Assembly: GCA_951406725.2 (NCBI GenBank)
Contig: OX597818.1
Span: 41,664,001-41,728,000 of the forward strand
Direction of reading: 5' to 3'
DNA: 64,000 bases
Origin: Octopus vulgaris
Lineage: Eukaryota
Shown: in pieces, positions 28,152-42,200 of the stretch
Layout: each line of letters starts with the position of its first letter
How positions within the stretch are numbered: position 1 is the stretch's first letter
Program-made: the position numbers and the translations under genes
Notes under the pieces: generated by a model
The model's database searches: none
Seen by the model: the letters and a program-made list of their open reading frames with translations, nothing else
What the model was told of the DNA's origin: nothing

Positions 28152-28804
28152 TTAAAACATAGCTATGATGCAGGAATGCCAGCAGAAGAAATCAAACAAT
28201 TTTCATTTCCTTACTCTCAGAGAGCTCATACAACAGACAGTAACATACTTCAATGTAATACTTGACTGAAGATTGGATTTTTTCCCCCCCTGCTTCACTG
28301 ACATTCATTCACATTCAGACAATATCAGGTTATTTAGTACTTCGATGTGAAAGAGAACACTGGGCTATAAAATTTTCATATAGAACTTAAGATACAATGC
28401 AAGGAAGTATTAAAATCCAAATTTCAATAACTACCTGCTTGAATCTGAGCTTCATTCCAAGCAGACAGCATGCAGAAAACTGACACTGATGTTCAACAGC
28501 CCACATAGGAATGAGCAACAGTTTTCAAAAAGCAACTTAAATGACTGAAGACCATTTAGAAAACATACTCCTAGCTTCACGCAACATGTCATCTGGTGCT
28601 GGTTCAAAAACTTTTGTCTTCTGAACAACTTCAAGTAGCATACTAATTTGTGTTCATTATAACATGAATATCAACTTAAATAAAATATATTTAATCCATA
28701 GTTCTCTCTATTATTATTCATTACCATGAGCAGAAGGCTACAGGCCCCTGATACAGATACTAATTCAGTTCCATTTCAAACAATATCCTCTGGCCATATT
28801 ATAA

Positions 28805-29273
28805 CTAGCTGACCCTGCGCCACCAAAAATGACAACTAGTTGAAGTATTTTATATATAAATAAGGTATAAAATAAGGTGCATAATAATCAGATACAAACA
28901 TTTACATACTTCTCTTGTACATACACACGTATACTCAGAGTTGAAATGCTGTTTGATTTTTCTTTTCAGCGTTAAATGTTCACCATCCCATTTCCATTGA
29001 ACACACAAACATTCACATACCTCCCTTTTACATACACGCACACACACACACACAGAAGTGAAACACTGATTTTTTTTACCCCTTTTTTTCTCATTCACAT
29101 GTTATGACAGTAAAAAATAGTAGATACTTGACGGGTTCTTTGCCACTTCCTTTCTCTCATTCTCTCTCAGCCAGGACTATTACTCTCACAACTTTTCCTT
29201 CACTGAATTGCTATATTCTCTCCTCTCCCTTCACTTATACTACTCTTTCTCCTACTCTGTGATTTTGAACAAA

Positions 29274-29313
<40 letters not shown>

Positions 29314-29363
29314 CACACACACAAATATATAAAAACACTACTCTCATTATTATATTAGGAGAT
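28805..29363 (-). mobile_element. Putative decayed non-autonomous Helitron
   Basis: ACTAG at the left end and ATTATATTAGGAGAT at the right end. Shares CAGAGTTGAAATG..TTTGATTT..CATCCCA with 38358-38762; 36089-36568 has similar termini. Confidence 0.45.
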
Positions 29364-30056
29364 GATTCCAAATCTGACAATGTACCCCTCAATCACTTAA
29401 TGTTTTAAATGAGAGAATTCAAATATGGATTAGTAGAGAACTGAGTAGACACAAACTTGTAATAGAAGATGCTTCTATATACTGAAGGTGTAATTGTTGG
29501 TGGATTTATGAGCATTTTATCAAAACAAACAAAAAATAAAAAGCAATTCTTCTCTGACATTAAAAACAAAAGAAATCACAAGCATTCTGGAGCAATAGGC
29601 AAAATCCAAACTCAGTTGAAGTCAATATCTCAAAAGGCAAATTTGAAACAATAGAAACGAACTTATGGTTGAAAAATCCATGGAATTGGTAAAATTTTAA
29701 AAGAAATGGTCTGGCATGTTGAAACATAGTCGACAGTAACAAAGTGATTGTAACAAGTCACATAATCTGAAGTCACCAACACTGTTTCTCGAAAAAGGGT
29801 TCTTCTAAATCACAATTCAAAATTTTTCAATGATGTAAGACATTTTATTAAGTAGGTAAACAACATAATGTTAGCAGTACCCACAAAATATTACTGTAGG
29901 CCCTCTACAACTTATATTCAATACAAATGGGTTTCTTGATTGCAGTGTTTCGAAACTTTAAATATTTTGTAATGGATTCTGTGTCTTTGGAAACATCGGG
30001 TCTGATATTGACTCAGTTCTAGAAAAGATACTTAGTTCTCTAAAGAATATTTGCAT

Positions 30057-30420
30057 AGGTGCAGGCATGACTGTGTGGTAGGAAGTCTACTTGTCAATCA
30101 TAAGATTTGGGGTTCAGTCCCACTGCATGGCACCTTGGGCAAGTGTCTTTTACTATAGCCTCAGGCCAACCGAAGCCTTGAGTGGATTTAGTATACAAAA
30201 ACCGAAAGAAGTGTCTATGTGTGTGTGGTGTTTGTATCCTTAATAGCAGTGAATGTTACTGTCATATCCCTAAGATTTATCCCTAATCTTCTAGTCATGG
30301 GGAAATATTACCTTACTTAGAAACATGTGACAAGAGCACCAGGCCATAGGAAATCCACCTCAACAAATTTCATCCAACCCATGTGAGCATAGAAAAGTGG
30401 ACGTAATGATGATGATAATG
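30057..30420 (+). mobile_element. SINE family A head with RTE-like (ATG)n tail
   Basis: Family A head joined to CATCCAACCCATG...GGACGTAATGATGATG. Confidence 0.7.
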
Positions 30421-31002
30421 AAAACAGCCAGGAATAATAAAAAAAAAAAGTATGTCACTAGTAAAGCAAAATATAAAACCAGAAAATATGTCAACTGGCA
30501 CACTAAAAAAGTGTTCATCAAATGAGGAGCTTCTGTTGAAAAATCTCAGGATCTCTACTAAACACAGCCGACTGCAGTGTAATAGAATATTTATTAGTTA
30601 CCTGGTCAAACAGTCACCTGCAGTATAGGAACCAGTTGTAAATAGTGATATTCACATAACTAAGGGAACATTTTCTCTCCCACAATATTTAGGTGTTCAG
30701 AAATATTCTTTCGTCAATAAGCACAAAAATGGAAAGTTAATATGCATATTTTCTATTTCTTTTACTTGCTTCAGCCATCATTGGACTGTGGACATGCTAG
30801 AGGACCGCCTTCAAGGGGTTGTTTTTTAGTCAAATGAATCGATCCCGGTACTTTTTTATTTTTTTTAAAGTCTGGTACTTATACTATCAGTTTTCAGTTT
30901 CCTTTGCCAAACCGCTTAGTTATGGGGACACAAAGAAACCAACAGTAGTTGTTATGTGCAGGGGGACATACACACACAGACACAAACATACATATTTATT
31001 TA

Positions 31003-31353
31003 TGTCATGGCACTCCATCAGTTATGATGATGAAGGTTCTAGTTGATCCAATCAACAGAACAGCCTGCTTGTGAAATTAACGTGCAAGTGGCTCAGCACT
31101 CCACAGACACATGTACCCTTAACGTAGTTCTCAGGGAGATTCAGCATGACACATGTGCAACAGAAACTGGAAGAAAGAGCGAGAGAAAGTTGTGATGAAA
31201 AAGTACAGCAGGGTCTGCCACCACCCCCTGCCACAGCCTTGTGGAGCTTTAGGTATTTACGTCAGTAAACACTCACAACGCTCGGTCTGGCAATCGAAAA
31301 CATGATCCTACGACCACATGTCCACTGCCACAACCACTGGGCCACTGTACCTC

Positions 31354-31355
<2 letters not shown>
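31003..31355 (-). mobile_element. tRNA-derived SINE (third family)
   Basis: Minus-strand head TGGCCCAGTGGTT (A box) ...GTTTTCGATTGCC (B-box-like), next to (TA)n. Confidence 0.6.
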
Positions 31356-31415
<60 letters not shown>

Positions 31416-34071
31416 TACATACACACACAAACAGGCTTCAACATAGTTTTCTTTTATCAAATCTGCTAATGGCATTGATCAGTCTGGGGCTATAGTAGAA
31501 GGCATTACCCAAGGTGCTACACAGAGGGATTGAACCCAAAACCACATGATGCTGAACTAATATGCACAAAACGAATAAATTAACAAAGAACTGAGATATC
31601 TGACACCTTGCTGTACTCAAGAAGACCCATCCTCCACAGCAGAATTGCTAATACTGCTCCCCCTGCCAAAGAGGATTGGCCTACAAGAGCCTTATGCTGG
31701 TGCCACATAATAGCACCCAGCACATTGTAAAATGGTTGGCATTAGGAAGGGCATCCAGCCATAGAAACCCAAACCAAATCAGACTGAAATCTGGTGCAGC
31801 TCTCTTGCTTGCCAGCTCGGGTCAAACCGTCCAATCCATGCCAGCATGGAAAACGTGTTACATGATGATGATTATTATTATGCATGGATTTCTGTTGGCT
31901 TCAAAAATGAATATCACAACTGTTTGATTAAGAGAACAAACTATTCATTGAATTAATGTATCTATAGCACAGTATTATCCCGCATGCATTCATAACATAA
32001 TTCTTGAGCAGAATCAGCATGACAGCATGTAATTTACAGGTATAATCCACCCAGGAAGCTGCCAAACAGTTTTCATTGCCCAATTTTTCTCAAAACAATA
32101 TAAGATTAGATATTGCCCAAGATGCCATGCAGTGGAATTGAAACCAGGACCTCATGATTGCAAAAGTATACTCCTAAACCATTCACCTGTACTTACATTC
32201 ATTACAGATCATTTGTACAAACTTATAATGCTACTACCAATATAATTTCTTTTATCATCATGACAGGAGTTGTAAGGCACAGAGCATAGAGTGTTAAGCA
32301 TATTCCTTTTAATTCTTGAATGCTCATTTGTTTTTTTTTTAATATCACAAGTTCAATACCTACAACAACCATTGTTTTGTGTTGTCTAATGTTCCAAGAG
32401 AACACATTTTGTCAAGTGAAAAATCTATATCAGTATGAATATCTTAATGATTTGTGACAGAAACAACATCCATTGTCAAACACTTGCTTCAATCCATGTT
32501 TCTATTAGATGCATATAAAGAAAGAACCATTTGATCTTTTCTTGACATTGACTGCCAATAGAGCTTAATTTACAAGTGATATGGCATGTCTAACATGAGC
32601 TAATCCTAATACAACCTGGGGGGGTCTTTCAACAAATCAAAGTAGGATAAAAAAAGAAATAACTTACAAAATGTGAAATCAACACTTACAATAACAGGCT
32701 ATCTAAGTAAACATACCCATTGATTATCAACAATGATAAAACAAAGTACTTTAAAAATCAAAGACTAGACTGTAATATCTAAACCAACACAAATACAGTA
32801 AACAACTCAATCAACTACTTAAGCACATTAGAATCACTCTAAAACACAACACATCATATATTCACTAACAGATCCAGTGTATATCTGCCAATATAGCTGA
32901 AGGCAACTAATTCTAATCATATCATCTCTATGAAATTAGACATTATTTTGCACTAACTTCAATCAAAATCTCCAATCATACGAATCTAATTCAACAACAA
33001 ACATGATTCCTCCATACTTTAACTGTTACCCTGTATCCCATCTCAAGTCAAACTACAAGGCAGGGCACAATCAATGTGCTATATTTAAAAAAGATTGTAA
33101 TTTCATTCAGCAAATCACAGACTACACACTTTGATCTTTCTACCCTAGAACAGCAATTGTCTAAAATAACTTCCTTGCCTACATTTTTCATCCAACAAGC
33201 ATTACTTTACTTAAGTTCAAACTGAAATCCAACAGCATAAACCTCACCAGACTGGGTGGTTTGCAAGAACTGTAAACTGCCCATTTACTCATAAATAAAC
33301 AAATTAGTAATACTCTGCTTTACTCACTCCATAAATCAGTGGTTCATTACCTTTTAATGATCATCTAGCTTCTGCAGAGGTTTGAAAAATTGCCTGAGAC
33401 CCTAAATAATATAATAATTTATTATGTGGTGGTGACAGTCATTATTCCTGAAACTCAATAGATCACTTGAGCATCAATGACGTTCTGTTAAAGATTAAAG
33501 TGATTTCCTATTGCCCAAGTCCAAGAAAGCAGGAAATAAAACTAAACCCATTATGCAATGCCTACATGAAGCTAGGTGGACTCATTTGTCCAGAGTGGAT
33601 ATAATATGGTAGCTATGACGGTACACACTACCAACCATGTTGCTCACAACACACACACACACAAAACTGATTAAACCCAAACCTCTTTCAAAATTCATCA
33701 TTTTAAACATCACACTTGAAAACATATTAATGAATTATTTCCCTAGAAAAAAAAACCTTTTTTAAAAAAAAATTGAAATTAAATGGTTTAAAAAATATAA
33801 ATATCTTTTCACAATTGCATACTTCTAAAACTCTTTATTTTTTGTTTACTTTGTTTCAGTCGTTGGACTGCAGCCGTACTAAGCATCGCCTTCAAGAGTT
33901 TCGTCAAGTAAATTGGCCTCAGTACTTATTTTTTTTAAGTTTGGTACTTATTCTATCAGTCTCTTTTGCTAAACCATTATGACATAGGGACATAAACAAA
34001 CCAACACCAGCTGTCAAGTGGAGGTGGCAGAGAAATACAAAGACACACACATGCTGGGCTTCCTCACAGTT

Positions 34072-34185
34072 TCCATTCACAGAGAATTGGTTGGCTTGGA
34101 GTCATAGCCTCCATTCACAGAGAATTGGTTGGCTTGGAGTCATAGCCTCCATTCACAAGGAACTGGTTGGCTTGGAGTAATAGCC
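34072..34185. repeat. Tandem repeat, 3 x 38 bp
   Basis: Unit TCCATTCACAGAGAATTGGTTGGCTTGGAGTCATAGCC at 34072, 34110 and 34148, inside a SINE. Confidence 0.9.
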
Positions 34186-35454
34186 AAAGACATTGCCAAG
34201 ATTCAACACAGTGAGACTGAACCCAAAATCAGGTGCACCCTTTCTCATAAGATTCATATTTTAATGTCTTGAGAAAAATCAGTCACAGAAATTTATCTGA
34301 AAAACAATTTATGCTTGTTTGAAAGTTAACAATATATGTCTTATATTTTTCTTAGTACCAACAAATGAATATACCTTCAATTTTACATATTATTTCAAGA
34401 AATATATTTTTCATATTAATTTTCTTTATAAATATATCTTAACTTTGGAAATATTTTCCATTTTGTTTTTGCTGAAATCACATGTGTAAATATTTATAGC
34501 TGCTATACAGACACCTGCTACATTAGTTTTCAATTTATGTTTACACCTACACCAACTTTACTGAGATTAAATTTTCCCAAGACTACAATCATTCATGTGT
34601 TCTCATTTCACACCTCAGAAGCCTTAATACAACTCCATGGTGGCATACCATCCAGTTTAAATACCATTACTTTAAACTCTAAAAATATATCAGATAAAAA
34701 TAGGTTTCTTTGTAAGTTACTGGTTCAAATTCTGGGACTAATATTTTGTGAGGTAATTCAACAAAGAACATTACTTCAGTTAATTTAACTGAAACATAAG
34801 TTATAATTACTTCTTCAGGAGTTATTGTAATTATAGCATTTAACCATTAATGCTAAGACCTATACCCAATCAGCATGATAAGTGTACAGTGCAATCATTA
34901 CTTGAAACAAATTGTTCCTATCCCATAATACATATTTACTGTTTAGGTGAACTGGGCCTTTGGAGAATTGTCTCAGCCACAAAGACAATGCTGGTGACAG
35001 GATCTGAACTACAAACCCATTTGGCTAGTTGTTCAGTATACTAGGGACAATGAAACTAAACTCTATTCCAATATTGTTATCATTTTAATGTTTACTTTTC
35101 CATGCTTGGAGTTTGCTGAGGCAGACTTTTTACAGACAGACACCCTTCCTGTTGCCAACCCATACCAGTTTCTAAGCAAGGCAATATTTCCCCATGGTTA
35201 GACGTCTTTGTAGAATATTGGAAATGAACAACATACATTTACAACAATCACACGATGACAAGACAAGGGGACACACACACATTATACACATACATACACA
35301 AGACTAGTTTTAATTTCCATCTACCAAATGCACTCACAAGGCTCTGGTTACCTAGGAATACAGTAGTGGACAATTGTCCAGGGTGCCATGCAGTAGAACA
35401 AAAATCCTAAACCATATAGCTGGGAAAACAGAACTCATTATTTCCTAATGTAAG

Positions 35455-35665
35455 GAGACAACCTGGCAGAATTGTTAGAACAGCAGACAAAATGCTTAAC
35501 ACCAATTCTTCCCACTCTCTACATTCTGAGTTCAAATCCTTCAAGAATCTAGTGTCTTTCATTCTAGTAGAGTTGATAAGTCAAGTACTGGGATCAATGT
35601 AATTGACCACCTGTCTCCCACTAACATCCCTAGCCTTGTACCAAAATTTAAAACCATTATTTCCT
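35455..35665 (+). mobile_element. Decayed copy of the Nin-like SINE family
   Basis: CTGGCAGAATTGTTAG...GAGTTCAAATCC...TAAGTCAAGTACTGGGATCAAT resembles the reverse complement of 13428-13661. Confidence 0.55.
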
Positions 35666-35904
35666 AACATGGACCTGTTACAGTGAATAATATTTTAGAA
35701 ACAAAAAATTACAAAAAATACTTTGAACAAAATTTAAAACCATTATTTCCTAACATGGACCTGTTACAATGAATAATATTTTAGAAAACAAAATTACAAA
35801 AAAATACTTTGAGCAAAATTTAAAACCATTATTTCCTAACGTGGACCTGTTACGATGACTAATATTTTAGAAACAAAAAAATTGCAAAAAATACTTTGAA
35901 CAAA
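35642..35904. repeat. Tandem repeat, 3 x about 86 bp
   Basis: Unit CAAAATTTAAAACCATTATTTCCTAACATGGACCTG...ATACTTTGAA. Confidence 0.9.
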
Positions 35905-37254
35905 TTTGCAGCACTTGAAATATGAAGAACAATTAAGAAATAGAATTTAATTGATATATAAAAGTAGGAGCAAATGAAGCATAAATAGACAATCTGTAAT
36001 CTCTGTAGAAGTCAGACAATCAGTGAACTGGAAATACAATGTGAACTAGATTGTACAGTAGAAAGAAAGTTAACAGCATAATTAAGAACTAGCGGGACCT
36101 GTGAATATTTCACGGAATTAATGGTAAATTTATTGAGTTATTTTTGAAAACTTTATCCAAAAGACCTGAAAGAATAGCCTGTATTGTGTCAGTATCAAAA
36201 GATAGTTGCTCATCTGCTTATCATTGGAAAGTGAAGGAAATTGGAACACTATGATTACTTAATGCACTTTATATATACACTTTATATATGCACAATTTTA
36301 TAGACTTAATACACCACACTCTCCCACTTTGCCTTACCCTTTTTCTTTCGCTCTTCACCTTCCCTTCAACTAATTACCTGGAAAGCATTATAGATGGGCT
36401 AAGTAACAGAGGAAAAAAATTAATTCAAAAACAAAAAAAAAATTACATATTACACTTACCACCACCTCCACCACTCTCTGCTCCACCCCTTCCTCTTCCT
36501 TCAGCTAATCACGCGGAAGCATTATGGACAAACTAAGTAACAGAGTGACAAGCAGAATTATTATAAGATGGATGAAAGTCAAAGCTTCATAGTGCAACAG
36601 CTCAGCTCACTTCCATCTAGCAAAAGAGAAATATCCAGTGATGTAAGGTGTCAGCTGATGACAGAAATGAATCTTTGTAAAGCTACTGGTAACGTATAAA
36701 CCCAATACCACCTGTTGCATGATTGGGTTGCCAGCAACTAAACTAGCAAGCCCACCAAGCTTGTTTGGTGAGGAGGGTGATTTGGACACCAGGTGGGATG
36801 AAAAACAAAAGCCATCAAAGGACGGATGAACTCATATGAGTCAACAGCCATCCAACTGAGTATATATAGTTAACCTCCTTGATGAATAATCCCCAAACCA
36901 GGGAACAGCATGGTGGATGTAAAGTTTGGCATATTAATCTTCATTCAACAAAACTACATGACAGTCTGGACAGAAAAGTTTCTTCAGCCAACAGTCGGTC
37001 TAAGATCAACCTATCCAGTTAGCAGATTACTGCCAGTTGACAGAACTTGCAATTTATCGACTCACTTTAGCTATATGAAAATACTATGGAGTTCTGAAAC
37101 CTCACAGTATACCAGTTGGAGTTGGATGACAAGTGGTAGTAGAGGGGGGAATAAAAGGCTCAACCACTCAGTCCCTGACATCACCTAGAACTAATTATGA
37201 GTTTGTGTAGACTGAGTAAGTATTAAATGCCTGCTCTGGAAATATTACTAATAA

Positions 37255-37546
37255 TGAATAAAAAAACATTTGAGCAAGGTCATTTCCAGTGCCGTTGGAC
37301 TGGCTTCTGTGCAGGTGGCACGTAAAAAACACCATTTGAGCATGGCCGTTGCCAGTACCGCCTGAGTGGCACGTAAAAGCACCCACTACACTCTCGGAGT
37401 GGTTGGCGTTAGGAAGGGCATCCAGTTGTAGAAACTCTACCAGATCAAGATTGGAGCCTGATGCAGCCATCTGGTTCGCCAGTCCTCAGTCAAATCGTCC
37501 AACCCATGCTAGCAAGGAAAGCGGACGTTAAACGATGATGATGATG
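37255..37546 (+). mobile_element. RTE 3'-tail element
   Basis: GTGGCACGTAAAAGCACC units, GGAAGGGCATCCAG, CCAACCCATGCTAGC and (GAT)n. Confidence 0.8.
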
Positions 37547-38915
37547 AATGAAATTTTTAAAATTCAGTAGAGCAATATACATAACTAAACAGATTACTAA
37601 TGTTTATTGAGGGAAAAATGAATTAAGCTAAGTGAATAACACAATTTTGGTTTGAATATTAATTGTTTACATAAAATATAGATAAAATACATATTAAGAT
37701 AGAAATTCACACCTGCTTTTGACAATATTATACTCTGAAACCTATGCAATAGAAATTGTTTTTTATAAGGGAAAAATGAAATAAATTCATTACTATAGCG
37801 AGTGTTGTCATAGCTGTAGTTATAGTCAGCCCTGACTGAGCAGCTAATGTAGCCTACAGATCCAGTACTTCAGATATAACATGCCTTCACTCAGCTAAGA
37901 ACCAAATTTGCTCTCTGAGCTGCAGAGTTTCAGTTCTGAGCACAGTATCACATTTGTGTATGTTGGAATTTCTCCATGGTCCATTCTATATGTTTGTCAG
38001 TTCTAGTAGTCACCACAGTGGGTTTGAACAAGGTTGCTTCAGATAGAGCACAAGAGTCAATGTTCTCTGTGCTTACTTCCAATGGTATGCAGTCTAGCAG
38101 TCTGGAGGACTTATATTTTTATCTTTTACTTGTTTCAGTTAGACTGTGACCATACTGGGGCACAGCCTTGAAGAGTTTTTATTCGAATGGATTAACCCCA
38201 GAACTTTTTTAAATCTAATACTTATTCTATTGAGATTTTCTTTTTTTTTTTTGCCAAACTACTTACAGGGATGTAAACATATGAACACCGGTTGTCAATC
38301 AGTGATAAGAGACAAACACAGATACAAACGCACACACACACATATATATGTATATATATTAGCAGCTAAGCCCAGGTTCACCTGGTCCATCTGGATGATG
38401 TGGCTGTAAAACCTGCTGTGTGTAAGCATTCAACTTGTTTGGGCACGCTTACGTTAAACAATTTTAGAATGACTTTTTCTGTCAAAACACTAAAAATAAC
38501 TGACCAACAAAAAAAAAAACAACCAAGATTCAACCAAATTAAAAAATAAACTCAAATACTAAGCAAAGATGAACCATCCCACTTCCATTGCACATGCACA
38601 CATTCACATACCCACCCTTTTACATACACACACATATATTCACAGAGTTGAAATGTTGTTTGATTTATTTTTTTTCAGCATACAATTTCATCATCCCACG
38701 ACCAAGTATGACATCACCCCTTCCATTCTCATTCATAAACACAAGAGTATTATTATAGTAGATTATCTCAGTAACCATGGGAGCTATGAAAGAAATACAA
38801 AGCCCAGGATCACCACCAGATCATTCTATACATCTGTGTAAATTTTGCGCAATTCCACCCAGCTGTTTGACATTGAATCCCAAGACAAGAAAGAATCGCC
38901 CATGTCAAATTTATA

Positions 38916-38954
<39 letters not shown>

Positions 38955-38958
<4 letters not shown>

Positions 38959-39130
38959 TCATCATCGTTTAACGTCTGTTTTTCATGCTAGCATGGGTTG
39001 GACGGTTCGACCGGGGTCTGGGAAGCCAGGAGCCTGATGCAGCCTCCTGGCTTCCCAGACCCCGGTCCAACCATCCAACCCATGCTAGCATGGAAAACGG
39101 ACATTAAACGATGATGATGATGATGATGAT
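38955..39130. repeat. Foldback palindrome made of two RTE 3' tails
   Basis: (ATC)n-arm-arm'-(GAT)n; arms about 80 bp with a few mismatches, centre near 39037. Confidence 0.9.
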
Positions 39131-39270
39131 GGTCTACCAAATCCACTCAAGGCTTTGGTTGGCCCAAGGCTATAGTAGAAGACTCTTGCCTAAGGTGCCA
39201 TGCAGTGGAGCTGAACCCAAAACCATGTGGCTAGCAAGCAAACTTCTTACCACACATCCATGCCTGCACC
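39131..39270 (-). mobile_element. SINE family A head
   Basis: Reverse complement of the family A head. Further partial copies near 12200, 15455, 22545, 27340-27655, 31430, 33830-34230, 35075-35430, 39514 and 58953. Confidence 0.7.
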
Positions 39271-42200
39271 TAAGCTATTTTTGTGTGTATCTGTTTTACA
39301 TTAATATGGACTGAATGTAAGGTACAGAGTTGTAATGCTCTGGGATATTTCAAGGTGATTGAACATGTAGTGGCATAAATAATGTGGGATGTCAATGGGT
39401 ATAGCAACATGTTGGGCTCTTCACATGCTTGCAGTCTTTTATTTTGAATATTTTTCTTTCATTGTGCAGTGGTGTGAAACAAGCCATGTTCTTTATAAAT
39501 TTCCTGTAAAAGAACAGGCGTGGCTGTGTGGTTAAGAAGCTTGCTTCCAGCTATATGGACCTAGATTAGGCACCTTGGGAAAGTGTCTTCTACTGTAGTT
39601 CTAAACTAACCAAAGCTTTCAGAGTGAATTTAGTGTATGGAAACCCCCAAAAGCCCATCATATATGTGTGTGTACCCTTGTCTCGACATATAATGATTGT
39701 AAATAAACATTACTGTCATACAAGTAAGATAGCGAGTTTCCAATCTTTGATAAAAACAAGTCTGACTGTTGGATGGGGGAGAGAATATTACTTTGCTTGG
39801 AAACAGATGTTGGTATCAGAAAGGGCATCTGGCCATAGAAAATCCATTTCAACAATGTTGATGGTGACACAACTAAGAGCCCTGAGAAAATATGAGAGAA
39901 CTATAAAAGCATAAAAGATTTAATGCATTATTAGCTAAATGTGATGTATAGGAATGCTTTGTGACTACAGTTCCTCGTTTGCACACAGAGCTCCTTAGCT
40001 CATTATTGAGTACAACAGATAGGAGTTTGCTAAAAGCACCCACGAACTCAAGTGATGGCCAATGGATTAAGACTACCAGCCAAGTAGGCCATAGTAGGAA
40101 TTGAACTCGGAATACAGAGAACCAGAACAAATACAACAAACCATCCTGTCTGACATTTCAACAGTTCTCCTAATCCACTGCCCTGGATTGGTACTTCTTA
40201 TTAACCCTGAAAGGGTGAATGGAAAAGAGACCACAACATGATTTAAACTGAGAACTGAGTGAGAATGAATACTATGCAATGCTCTAATCATTATCATGAC
40301 CATTTAATATTCATATTCCATGCTGGCATAGTTAGATAGTTTGACAAGTGCTGGCAAGCTAGAGGCCTGCACTAAGCTATATTGTCTGTGTTAGCATGGT
40401 TTCTACAGCTGGATGCCCTTCCTAACACTAACCATTTTACAGTGTGTACTGGGTGCTTTTTACATAGCACCAGCAAGGTCACCAAATAACTTACAAGACA
40501 AGACCCCTCAACTAAGAGGAGAGCAGTATTCAGAGAGGTGACTTTGTGCAGATAACAAGATATTCAAGAATGATAGAGGGTCAACCCGATCAGAAGCGAG
40601 TTGGTGGATTTGGCAGATGCTACTAATTTTAGTCAAAACATTTGGAACTAAGTTTCTTGATAGCTGATGTAAAGCTGAAGCAGTTGTACTGTTATGGCAA
40701 CGAGAGGTGTGATGTCACCTGCATGCGAAACTGTATATTTGGTGGAGATGTAGTGGTATAAGTTAAAAAGAAAGAGGAAGGATCCTTGTAATGCTTAATA
40801 ATAGAGATAATGGATTCTAAATGTGTTGTAATTGAATTCTAAATAAGCTGGGCAAGCCGATAGATAGTGTGTCTTTTGTATCGTTTCTTAAGGCAGTATT
40901 ATGAATTTTCTAATCTGAGTAGCAGGGGTCAAAAGCGTAAGTATTAATGGTAAACAGGCTGAAGCAAGAGGCTTATTTATTTGTGTTATTAAAGCATTAA
41001 TGTATCGCTTATGTGAGATTTCTGAGTAAGGTGGTAGCTGAGAGCAGTAGTCTATACCCAGGTTATGAATTGAAAAAGAAATGAATGGATTGACATTATC
41101 AAGGATGAATCTTTCTGGATTTTCTGAGGATGTGGCATGATGGAAGCAGTGAGGTCTTGTGAACGTGCACGACATTGCTTTGTGGAGAGTTGTTGTTAGG
41201 TTTTAGAAGCATATTTTCCCCCCATTTAACGAGATGTTGAGGATTTGTCGGGTACGGTATGGACAGATGTTGGTGAGGGTAGTAATGTATGATGGAGCTT
41301 TTGTAGAGTACTAAGCTTGGGGGAGGGGGTCCATATTGCTTTTCTGGATCTAAGGAAAGAAAGGAGTCAAAATCAAGTTTCGTTGAGCTAAATATAAATT
41401 ATAGCTACTATTTTAATCAGTGGTAGTGATAATACCAACGGGAAAAAAAAAATTCTGGACGTGTTTAATTCATCAGCCATACTGTTTCGAGATAAACATT
41501 ACAAGTAACACTTTTGTTTTTAATACACAAGAACTAAAAAACAATATCTAATAGAATATATCTTTTGTGAGTGAAGAAACAGTCTGTGAGAGTAGAAAGC
41601 ACAATAAACCAAATCAATTCGTCTCCTTTACTGTTTGTAAATAAAAATGTGGACAGTTGAGCATCACGTGAATTGTTCTATGGTAAGAAGTATCAGTTAC
41701 CTTAATAGTCTAGTTTTATCGATAGCTACGAGTCCTACAAGATTATAAAACGATTTGGGTTAATTAGAATTCAAAATCAATGCATGAAAAAAAGCACACA
41801 TTACAATTTTTACAAGACATCAAGACATTTAATTCCTACATTTCTAACCTACATCAACACCCGATCTGGAATACGTAACACTCTTCTAGAACTCTGAATG
41901 GCAAACTTCATTAGAACCACCACATTTACGAGTCTGTTTAGCTCTTAGATCTCTTTACATTTTTCTAATCAGATTCCAATTACCAAATTTAAAAGTACTA
42001 AAAGCACATAGGTATTATGAATTTTTTTTTCTTCTCTCACCACATTACGTATGATAGCACTAAACTGACGTATTTCAAGAAGAACCACAAGTATTTCTAA
42101 TTCGTTCCAGCTAAGCTGCAAAAATGAAAGTGGAGAGGTGGTATTCTGCAGACAAATTTTAAACTCTATCAAATCAAATATTTTATTATTCGAAAAAATC

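Noticed and set aside
34072-34185. CRISPR-like 38-bp repeats
   Set aside because: Head-to-tail tandem copies with no spacers, inside a SINE in eukaryotic DNA; no cas genes.
36650-36700. CTGATGA hammerhead-like core
   Set aside because: No convincing stem II/GAAA/stem III/NUH arrangement with a matching stem I.
37950-38110. Approximately 54-codon open frame on the minus strand as a possible cassette exon
   Set aside because: Weak acceptor, no recognisable homology, and the flanking exons already join in frame at a conserved motif.
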